NCBI GenBank assembly: GCA_951406725.2
Contig: OX597816.1
Span: 48,298,001-48,362,000 of the forward strand
Source: Octopus vulgaris
Taxonomy: Eukaryota
Direction of reading: 5' to 3'
Length of the DNA: 64,000 nt
In this document: one piece after another, positions 53,503 to 64,000 of the stretch
Position numbering within the stretch: position 1 is the first letter of the stretch
Layout: each line of letters begins with the position of its first letter
Notes under the pieces: model-generated
Told to the model about the DNA's origin: nothing
Seen by the model: the letters and a program-made list of their open reading frames with translations, nothing else
The model's database searches: none
Made by a program: the position numbers and the translations under genes

Positions 53503-54280
53503 CACATACATATATGTACATGTATGTATGTTCATGTATATATATGTATGTATGTCTTGGCAATTAGTATTAGTTTATGTCCCTTTAGCTTAGTGGTTTG
53601 GTAAAAGAGACCTATAGAATAAGTATAAGTACCAGACTTAAAAGTATGTCCTTGGGTTGATTTGTCTAACTGGACCCTTCAAAATGGTGCTGCAGTCCAG
53701 TGATTGAAAAAAGTAAAAGATAAAAGAAGAATGGAGGAAGGTTTGGCCGAACTGTTTTGAGAATCGGATGAGATGCCTTGTGGTGTCTCTACTAGCCTAT
53801 TGTATTCTTACAGTAATGCCTGTGATGATACTGGTGCCAAGCTATGCTGGTCCTAAAGAAGTGGCCTATCCCTTGGACAACATTCGCAGAATGGAAAGTG
53901 GGGACTTGTGTATATAAGCTTCTAGCAACCCTGTGGACCCCTGCACATGCAAAAGAGGCATATAGTCAACTCTCACAGATGGTGGGCCCCTTGTAGTCTA
54001 ATGGTGGTGGTTATAATAATATTTATGTTTCTTCTCCCTTTACTATTAAGCCATAAATTTTCGAGGGTAGATATAGTGACATAGTTAGCTATTGTATTTG
54101 ATGGCATATATGACACAATTCTTTGTCAAAAAAGGAAAATGTTTCAAAAATCACTTTGGGTCCTATGTACGAAGCCTTTAGCTTTCAGTTTACTCTTTCA
54201 AATGTTATTCTTATTTATTCACATTGCTTTGACTTAATCATATATTACCTTGCAATTTCAAGATTATTATAATGTGATTG

Positions 54281-54523
54281 GGTCTGGGCAGAGTCATATT
54301 TTTTTTGTGCCTTATAATATAACACACTCACCAGTAAAATTTCCACTTATTTCTTATTTTTTTAATAAAAATAAAAATAATAAAAAATAAGTGGAAATTT
54401 TACTGGTGAGTGTGTTATATTATAAGGCACAAAAAGAAAATGACTCTCGCTAGACACAACAGAATATGCTTCAACACACGAACTCATATAAAGAATCTTG
54501 CAAACCAAATCCAAAAACGAAAC
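54281..54523. mobile_element. Palindromic insertion with 51-bp perfect arms and a 12-bp TSD
   Basis: Arms at 54302-54352 and 54385-54435. The direct repeat ataatgtgattg lies at 54269-54280 and 54524-54535. Confidence 0.8.
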
Positions 54524-55839
54524 ATAATGTGATTGTTTATTTTTAGATTGACAGTGTAGGGTAGTTGTGAGAGGCCTGATCTGGCTGGTTTGAACGTAAA
54601 ACAGGAATACTTTGGCTGGTTTGGGCTAAAAGGATAATGAACTAAAAGCTTTATTTTTTTTTCTTGAATATGTGCCACTGAAATTTGATTGGGTTGGGGT
54701 GCATCCAAAATGCCATTGTGTCTTTTATGTCATCAAATATTGTAAATTTATAGAACGTAGTACTGTTAGAATTATAGTAACAGAAGAAAACTATACATTC
54801 CAATGGTTGGCATAAAATAAAGGAGAACTGTTATAGTTATCATTATTATCACTGTGTATAAAGCAGCATTTCATGTCATTATGTTCTGAGTTCAAATTCT
54901 GCTGAGGTTGACTTTGCTTTTCATCGTTTTGGGGTTGATAAATTAAGTACCAGTTGAGTACGGGGGGGGGGGTCAATGTAATCAGCTTGTCCCCTCCCCT
55001 AAAATTTCAGGCCTTGTGCCTTCAGTAGAAAGGATTATTATTGCTATGTATCCTTCATATTTCCTACAAACTGCCTGAAATATCATGTAGATGTAACTAT
55101 TGCAAATGTGCTCCACCCTAAAGATGGAAAGCTAATTGTCTTGAAAATGATAAGCATTTGCATACAGCTGTACTCCAAGAATTCAGTTACGTATGAAAAT
55201 TTCAGTGTATCCTTATTACCAGCTTCACAGAATCATTAATATTGCAGTAATTGAACTATTTGAAATAATTAAAATGTTAATGGCTTGCCCTTATATTCTG
55301 AATTCTCAACTGCATCTATATAATATTTATCATTCTTTATTGAGCATTTGATTTTCAAATATTCACTTGTCTTGCTTACATATGGCTGGTAATTAAAATT
55401 AATTCAGGAATTGACATCTAATCCTGTCTCATTGTGAGCAAATAAGTCTTACCCCATAGAGTCTGTTATCAGAATCACCATAATGTTTAGATTATCTTGT
55501 AAATGATTGTTCAGCAAATTGATATACCTGTGTATTTGGCTGAATTCAACTCCAATATCTCAGCTATCAAATTTCTGTTCCTTGTTAGCAAGAGAGCACT
55601 TAATTTTACTCAGTATTGCTAATACTGTTAATCTTTTAATCTAATGTTTGCAGTTAATCTTTTGTTGTTGATTGAAACTTTGAATTATCAACACACTGAA
55701 TTATTGACACTAACATGCTGTTTTTGCAGAAGTTGTTTGGAATATTTACTAATGTTGGAAATACATTTTATTCCTTGAGATTGAGATTTTGACATTATAG
55801 GGAAGTAAATTTATCTTGATAACAACAGCAATAATAATT

Positions 55840-56385
55840 AATTCGCGTTTATTGGCCACAAGGGCTAACAAAAATCAAATATAACATGTAAGGACAAAAT
55901 ACAGGATGAAAGTTACAAAAGGGTTTTGTCTGAGAGAAAAGTCCGTGTAAAAATGCAAGATAACAATGAAAATATAACAAGTAAAAACTCCTAATAGGGG
56001 GAGGCGCTTCGAAAGGTTACTCGTGGAAAAACCCATAAAAACCACTGGAGCCTGGTCAAAAAAGGGGGTAGAGAGCCCTTTTCTCCTTTTATATTACCTT
56101 TTTTTTCTTACAGGTCTAACCTCAGAATTGGTCCATTCATACTGGCCATTCTTCCAACATTCACCCACTTTTCAATAAATTTGCTACAAGACAGCACTTC
56201 CCTCTCTACTCTCACCTTCTTTTTGAAGTGACACTTGAAAAAGTTGATGAGGCCTTGGCCAAAGAGGAAAGTGTCTGACTTTAGCCCTTTCAAACGGGTC
56301 CACCATACCACCTCTTTTGCTACAGCCACTAGATAGAGGAAAATTGCCTTGCCCTCCTGGTTAAAGGAGGTCAGCGGGGCAACAA
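55840..56385 (-). mobile_element. L1/Tx1-like LINE 3' end
   Basis: FLYLVAVAKEVVWWTRLK...FIEKWV matches the Tx1 ORF2 C-terminal pattern (AK..IW..R...F...W). The 3' UTR ends tagcccttgtggccaataaa. Confidence 0.65.
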
Positions 56386-56607
56386 TAATAATAACCATAA
56401 TTCTGACTGGGTTTCACCTGCTTGGTCATGCGCTGTTTATCTTGATATGAGATAATCATGTTATGGTCATGATGCATGTGCCTAGTGTACTCTTGTCAGA
56501 CAGGTAGTCATGATGGGTATGTTAGACTTCATATATTTGTATCACAATATCATTTTGATGGCATACACTGCTCTTTTACTCAATAATAATTATACTAATA
56601 ATAAAGA

Positions 56608-57445
56608 TAATGTGGAGCCTAAAAACAGAAACAATCCCTATAATAATAGGTGCATTAGGTATGATTAAAGAACATTCAGACAAATACATAACCAAAACAG
56701 CAGGACTTGAAAGTATATATAACATACAGAAAATAGCACTACTAGGCACAGCACACATCTTATGCAAAGCACTTTCAATACAGTGAAATTAAGAGTGCCA
56801 CAACAAACCACAAGGGACACAGAACTGTGCTTGGTAGCGCAGTGAAAGTATTGGGTTGTCTGGAAAGTTTGTGACGATTTTTAAAGGAAAGAAAAAGGTC
56901 AATAGATACTTGCCATTACATTTTTAATCAACCAAATATGAACCATTTTGTTGCACAATGTGTGTCCATCTTTCCTTTAACTTGAAAATACCCTCTTCCC
57001 AGAGTTGAGGTGGTTTCATGGCAAAGAATTCATCAAGGTATCTTTTTACGTCATCCAAGGAATTGAAATTCTTACCATTAAGACTATTCTGCAGAGACCT
57101 GAATAAGTGGAAATCCGAAGGAGCAATATCTGGTGAATATGGAAGGTGGGGTAACACATCCCAGCCAAGCTGCAGCAATTTTTGTCTAGTTCCCAAAGTA
57201 TCAAGTGCCGAAAATGAACTTTCTTATCTTCCATTTTAAAGGATTACAGAATTAACACAGGTTATAGGAACATTAATCTTCTTCCATGAAAAGATATCTT
57301 AAACTGTGCTGTAAATGGAGGTGTAGTCAAATCCTATTTTATGGACTCAACCATGTTCTAAAATAAGTCAAAATATAAGCTACTATAAATCAGCACGAAC
57401 TTTCTGGACAACCTAATACATGATAAAAATAAGACTACTGAATAG
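56608..57445 (+). mobile_element. R4/Dong-like 3' end interrupted by a mariner
   Basis: MWSLKTETIPIIIGALGMI...IQKIALLGTAHIL. The 3' UTR resumes at 57417 and ends in (AAT)n. Confidence 0.7.
56851..57416 (-). mobile_element. Internally deleted mariner (566 bp)
   Basis: TIRs ttgggttgtctggaaagtttgtg / cacgaactttctggacaacctaa with TA on both sides. N-terminal MEDKKVHFRHLIL is joined directly to C-terminal LPHLPYSPDIAPSDFHLFRSL. Confidence 0.92.
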
Positions 57446-57672
57446 TAATAATAATAATAATAGTTTCAAATTTTGGCACAATGCCAGTGATTTCTAGGGC
57501 AAAGATAAGTTAATTACATCAACCCCGGTGCTCAACTGGTACTTATATCAGCCCTGACAAGATGAAGGGCAAATTCATCCCTGGCAGAATTTGAGACTCA
57601 GAACGGTAAAATCAGAAGAAATGTTGTTAAGTCTCTTCCTTTGGCATGGTGATGATTCTGCCAGCTGCCGCC

Positions 57673-57716
<44 letters not shown>

Positions 57717-57727
57717 TAATAATAGTA

Positions 57728-57758
<31 letters not shown>

Positions 57759-59671
57759 AGATAAATACCCTGATGCAGTACCAGGCAGTGGCTCTCATAG
57801 CTTCTGATCTTAACTGATTGGAAGTGTTATCCTGTACATGTTTTACTCATTTCAAGCTCATCCAGTCTCTTTCTCTCTCTCTCTCCACCCCTCTCTCTCT
57901 ATAAACAATGTCAGAGTAGCTGTTCTCTATTGCTCTCTCTTTCAAGTTTTATGAACATGCTTTGTCTTGGTATTAAAGATGGGGTTACAGCAAATATTCT
58001 GCTCAATACCATAGATCTGCTTGTCAGTTGCTTGACTGTAACCAGTTCAGCATGACCCTTGGTGGCTGACGATATTATGGGCTTCGTTTAGTTTCTGTTT
58101 ACCAAATCCACTCACAAGCCTTTGGTTAGCCCAGGGTCATAGAAGAAGACACTTGTCCGAGGTGCCATGCAGTGGGACAGAACCCAAAACCACACGGTAT
58201 GGAAGCAAAGTTCTTAACCACACAGCCATGCCTGCATCTATATATTACTTCTGCATAAATTTTAAATAAAGTGAGAAATCAATAGAATCATCTTGGTTTC
58301 ATAAAATTGGTAAAAGTAAAAGCACCAAATGTCCAAACTGGCGAAAACTTCAAAGCAAAATGCAGTAGGATTGTTCTACCAACAAGGTGATATATTTCTA
58401 ATTCCGTAGAAGAATGAATGAGAGTCATTAAAAATTTAATACCTTTTGAAATTCTAGTGGAAGTAACTACATATGAGAATTGACACCACATCTTACTAAT
58501 ATTCCACTTTCTATGCTATGGTATTTGCTACTAACTACATACTGAAGGCAAAAGGTAGTGTTGTCATATTGCCAAAGACTGCATCATTTGATTCATACAT
58601 ATAACACCAGCATCACCATCACCACCATCACTGGAACCACACAGACATTTGGTACCTTTAGTGGAGTCTGGTCATATTGTACACCTTTCAAAACCATTCT
58701 TTTCATTTCTAAGCACTTCATTTCAAGCTCATCCTATCTCTCTCTCTCTCCACTTTTCTCTCTCTCTCTCTCCATCTTTCTCTCTTTCTCTCTCTCCACC
58801 TCTCTCTCTCCACCTTTCTCTCTCTCCACCTTTCTCTCTCCACCTTTCTCTCTCACTCTCTCTCTCTCTCTCCCTCTATAAACAATGTCAGAGTAGCTGT
58901 TCTCTCTTGCTTTCTCTTTCAAGTTTTATTTTCTGCAACTATATAACAAGATATAGTGGCTCTTTGGATAAAATGATAGACTACTAATCACAAGATCATA
59001 TGTTCAAACCCTACAACTGCAGCCGTTGTGTTATGCACCTGAGGTGTCCAAATAATTCTGATTGCTCCAATTTACTTGACTGTAAAAAAAAAAAATTTTT
59101 TTTTTAAATGTTCCACTTCTATTTCACTGTAGAGTATCCAGCAATTAAAAAGATATACAGCTATAAAAACAGATACCAAATCAAAAAGTATAACAAACAC
59201 ATAATAAATTGAATACAAAAACATAAATATAAACGTGTAAAAGAAAGGAATATAGATGTTTACTTTATGTTATTTTCCTCTCCCAAATCAGAAACATCCA
59301 GAGATTGGTAATTAGCTATTCTAACTTCAGGTAAAAGTATAATCGTCGTTTTGGGGGAAACAATGTGAAATTGTTTCTCCTCTTAGCTTTCTTCAGATCC
59401 ATGGGAGCAATGTAATCTAAGAGGACTTTACTTAATTATATGATGTCTTTAATGTGCTTCACAACTGGATTGCACTGTGCATGTCTTTGATGTCCATTTA
59501 TTGTTAGGGAACTGGGCCTTTGAAAATACGATTACTTTGTGCAGAAGTACAGTGCAAACACAATTAGGTTAATCCTTTGTTTTTATTTTCTCTGGAATGT
59601 GGAAGAGTGAAGTATGAGGCTATGGTATATAGCTTAGTGGTTAAGGTATTGCATTCACCACTGTAGGATTA

Positions 59672-60138
59672 TACAGGACAAGTTATTACACCTGTAAAAG
59701 TATAGGACAAGCTATTACTTCTAGTAAAGTAAAGAATAAGAAACTTTTTACTTAAAATATTGAGCTAAAATTAAAATTTGAATATTAAAACATATTTTAT
59801 TATAATTTGCAAATAACACTATACTTATTCAAGTAGAATTTGGCTAATTTACTAAATCCTTAAATCCTTTAAAATGTTTTAGCCCGAAGGCCGCGGCCAT
59901 GCTGGGGCACCACCGCTGGTACTTTAAATACAGAAAAAAGTGACTAATTAGACAAACTTACAAATTAGCCGAACAGTTTTGTACAATAAATTTAAAAGAT
60001 AAGAACTGTAAAGAATGATAAATTAGAAGAACTGGCATTCTTTGCTGCAATATTTTAAGTAAAAAGTTTCTTATTCTTTACTTAACTAGAAGTAACAACT
60101 TGTCCTATACTTTTACAGGTGTAATAACTTGTCCTGTA
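59672..60138. mobile_element. Foldback-type element with 91-bp inverted arms
   Basis: 59672-59762 versus 60048-60138 with about 3 mismatches. The spacer contains a CR1-group tail on the minus strand (~59875-59915). Confidence 0.8.
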
Positions 60139-60947
60139 CTTTTCCAGGTTTATAATCTTAAGAATATTACTTTCCATGTTTTTTTCCATGTAATATATAT
60201 GATGAGTATATAGGGATAATTTATCCAGAAAGGTACTGTACAAGCACTCAAGTATAGTCCAGGTTTAGGCTAACCTCATCAAGTATTAAGAAAGACTTAA
60301 GATTACTTAGGGTGAGCAATCTCACTGTAGTTCAGCTGATGGTAAAAATCCTGAGTTTGCTTCACTGGATTATGAATATGTGGAAATCCAAAACAATTAC
60401 AAAGAATACAGAAACTAGTACAGACTGAAAGAAAAATTATGAAGATGTACCATTTTCCGTATTCTTTGTAATTTTTTATATATGTATGTGTGTATTATAT
60501 ATATACATACATACATACGTATATGTAAAAAGCACCATCCGTTCGTGTCCGTTGCCAGCCTCACCTGGCCCCCGTGCCTGTGGCACATAAAAAGCACCAT
60601 CCGTTCGTGGCCGTTTGCCAGCTCTGTCTGGCACCTGTGCGGGTGGCACGTAAAAAGCACCCACTACACTCATGGAGTGGTTGGCGTTAGGAAGGGCATC
60701 CATCCATAGAAACACTGCCAGATCTGACTAGGCCTGATGAAGCCTTCCGGCTTCACAGACCCCAGTTTTATCATCCAACCCATGCTAGCATGGAAAACGG
60801 ACGCTAAACGATGATGATGATGATGATATATATATATATATATATAGTTAATTAAAACATGAAAATACAAAGAGAAAACACAACAACGCGAGAACGTGGA
60901 ACAAGTATAGTATTATTGGATGCTCAGGAAAGAAGGAAAGAAGGAGC

Positions 60948-60982
60948 GTTTAACGTTTCAAGCCGAGCTCTTCATCAGAAAC
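60948..60982 (-). ncRNA. Minimal type I hammerhead ribozyme motif (C3:G8)
   Basis: Minus strand reads gttt CTGATGA a gagc tcg gctt GAAA cg TT aaac. Stem III is reduced to the palindrome ACGT. It lies in a Penelope-like LTR remnant (~60850-61060). Confidence 0.7.
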
Positions 60983-61060
60983 ATAGGAAAAGGAAAGATC
61001 CAAAGAAGGGATGACGGAGGAAAAAAAATCGCCAACGGTACACATGCAGTCACATTTTGA

Positions 61061-61112
<52 letters not shown>

Positions 61113-61661
61113 ACAGTTACATACATATATGTATGCATATACACATGCACACATATATATATATATATATAGAGAGAGAGAGGATGTCTCTCCTACAAAA
61201 TTAAGTCAGTGTTTATTAAGATAGATTTCATTTTCAAAATTTAATAATTTCTACTGACAGAATTAAATTGTTTTTATAAAACACCTGTTTTCAAACTGAT
61301 GATTATTCTGGTCTAACCTTTGCTGATAACGCAAAGCAATGGAGTTACAAATATTAAGAAATATGTTGCTTGGTATTTGTATACATTCTTGTTCAACAGC
61401 CCCCTTCAATTTATCAACTGTTGCCAGTTTTGTACCAAAAAATTTATCATTTAAGTTTTCACATAATAAATCTAGAAGCGTGAGGTCTAGTGAATGGGGA
61501 GGGGTATTCTACTGAATTTCTTCATTCAATCCATCTTTTTGGCAAAATCTCTGCTTGCTGGAAATAAAATTCCACATCTGCAGAATCCTCTCAAATGCTT
61601 TTCATAACAGATTGTTGCAGCTGGTTTATGTGAATAGGACCACTGTACCATCAAAAGTAGT

Positions 61662-61955
61662 GAAGGCACATGGCTCAGTGGTTAGAGTGTTGACTCACAA
61701 TCATGGGATAGTGAGTTTGATTCCTTGACCAGTCTGTGTGTTATGTTCTTGAGTAACACACTTTATTTCATATTATTCCAGTTCACTCAGCTGTAGAAAT
61801 ATGTTGCGACATCTCTGGTGCCAAGCTGTATCAGCCCTTGCCTTTCCCTTGGATAACATCGGTGGTGGGGAGAGGGAGGACTGGTATGCATGGGAAACTG
61901 CTGGTCTTCCGTAAACAACCTTGTCTGGACTTGTGCCTTGGAAGGGAACTTTCTA
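61662..61955 (+). mobile_element. tRNA-derived SINE (family 5)
   Basis: Head gaaggcacatggctcagtggttagag...gagtttgattcc. A related head lies at 50945-50996. Confidence 0.7.
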
Positions 61956-62524
61956 AATCTAAAAAGAAATGAAAATTGAGTACATGTACATTTTTGTGGG
62001 TGGACACCCTAGAGAGAGAGAGAGAGGGAAGAGAGAGAAAGAGAGAGGAGAGAAAGAAAGCATCGTACCTCTCCCTCAATACTCATCTCTGTTACTCTTT
62101 CTCTTCCTACTCTTCCTGTTTCACTTAACAGTTAGTTGCTATCACTGTCATTCTCGTATTATCAATTTTAATTACCCTCTCTCACTCTCTCTCTAAAAAC
62201 ACCATTCGAGCATGATTGGTACCTGCGTCGCCTTACTAGCACTTGTGCTGGTGGCACTTGAAAAAACATTTGAGCGAGGTCGTTGCCAGTGCTGCTGGAC
62301 TGGCTCCTGTGCAGGTGACACATAAAAAGCACCATTTGAGCATGGCCATTGCCAGTACCACCTGATTGGCCCTTGTGCCGGTGGCATGTAAAAGCATCCA
62401 CTACACTCTCGGAGTGGTTGCCAGATCAGATTGGAGTCTGGTGCAGCAATCTGGTTGGCCAGACCTCAGTCAAATCATGCAACCCATGCTAGCATGGAAA
62501 GTGGACGTTAAACGATGATGATGA

Positions 62525-62582
<58 letters not shown>

Positions 62583-63083
62583 CACTACACCCTTTGTACT
62601 GTCCCCTCTATTACTCTCTCCTCAACCACATAACTCTGTTCTTCCCATTATGTTTGCTTCTTTCACTGTTTCATCCTTGTGCAACTTGTTTTCTGCTGTT
62701 ACCTTCATTTCAGTTTTTATTTTAGAATTATGGGTGAAGGACCTGAGTTTTGCAAGTGCTGGTGCCATGTTAAAATACACCCTGTACCCTTTATAAGGCA
62801 TCCGGTGTACTGTGCAGTCACATTTGGTAGAGAGGACGTATTAGTCTTGCCAAGGGCATGGCAATCTCTCTGGTGCTAGTGCCATAGCATAATGCATTTG
62901 GTACACTCTGTAAAGCAGCTGGTGTTAGGAAGGTCATCAAGCCATAGAAACCATGCCAAAAACTGGGATGTGTAAGCAAGGTGTCATCCTTTTATCTGTC
63001 TAGGAAAGCAGCAACTTCAAATAAGAACTGACTTACACTGTGTTGACTCATGGAACACATATAAGTATATAAAATACACATAC

Positions 63084-63275
63084 AGGCATAGGAGTGGCTG
63101 TGTGGTAAGTAGCTTGCTTACCAACCATGTGGTTCTGGTTTCAGTCCCACTGTGTGGCACCTTGGGCAAGTGTCTTCTACTATAGCCTCGGGCCGACCAA
63201 TGCCTTGTGAGTGGATTTGGTAGACGGAAACTGAAAGAAGCCTGTCGTATGTATGTCTGTGTGTGTGTGTATATA

Positions 63276-63311
<36 letters not shown>

Positions 63312-63572
63312 TGTATGTATGTATGTATGTATGTATGTGTGTGTGTATATGCTTGTGTGTCTGTATTTGTCCCCACCCCAACATCACTTGACAACCGATG
63401 CTGGTGTGTTTGCATCCCCGAAACTTAGCAGTTCGGCAAAAGAGGTCGATAGAATAAGTACTAGGCTTACAAAGAATAAGTTCTGGGGTTGATTTGCTCG
63501 ACTAAAGGCAGTACTCCAGCATGGCCACAGTCAAATGACTGAAACATGTAAAACAATAAAACAATAAAACAA
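63084..63572 (+). mobile_element. tRNA-derived SINE (family 1), full length with internal (TATG)n
   Basis: Same family as 32620-33029. Confidence 0.9.
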
Positions 63573-64000
63573 TACAAATGATGATGTTGATGTTGGTAAT
63601 GTTATATTTTATTTACTTCCCTTTTGGAGGAGGTAGCAGTTGATTATATTGTTGCTAGTTCTTGAACGGTACTTTATTTTATCAAGCTTTAAAAGGATGA
63701 AAAGCAAAGTTCACATTGATGGGATTTGAACACAGAACATTGAGAGCTCGAACAAATAAGACAAGACAGTTTAACTGATGCTCTAATGATTCTGCCAATT
63801 CACTGTTTAAATAGTAATAATACTTATAATAGCTTTGTTGATGATGATGACGACAATGTTGATGATGGTGATGATGATGATGAGGAGGAGGCGGAGGAGA
63901 AGGATGGGTTCTTTTATCACTAATAATAATGATTTCTATGCAATGATAATGATAGTATGAGTGATGATGATGATGATAATAATAATAATAATAATAAAAA

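Noticed and set aside
60255-60290. Minus-strand TTGATGA-ggtt-loop-aacc hammerhead-like motif
   Set aside because: The 3:8 pair is U-G, GAAA is absent and stem I does not close.
60730-60760. CTGATGA plus hairpin resembling a hammerhead
   Set aside because: There is no GAAA/UH. It is a mutated RTE tail (ggcctggtgcagccttcgggct).

Overview
This is AT-rich, repeat-saturated eukaryotic DNA. The SINE families, RTE tails and (TA)n/(TAA)n load look like Octopus, which is my inference from recognising the repeats. No host protein-coding gene can be firmly called, and nearly all ORF-track entries are microsatellite artefacts. Real coding traces are transposon-derived: a young 5'-truncated RTE LINE with a PHD-type finger running into a 100-N gap, CR1-, BovB/RTE-, Tx1-, HERO- and R4/Dong-like fragments, a Penelope GIY-YIG fragment, and three Tc1/mariner elements. 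One mariner carries a 7x63-bp in-frame internal array. The most interesting signal is a set of five minimal type-I hammerhead ribozyme motifs plus one decayed copy in Penelope-like remnants. Together they show three different core 3:8 base pairs (C-G, U-A, G-C) and family-specific palindromic stem III sequences. Also present are three long hairpins, nested insertions with clean target-site duplications, SINE/LINE shared tails, and a few weak candidate host exons.
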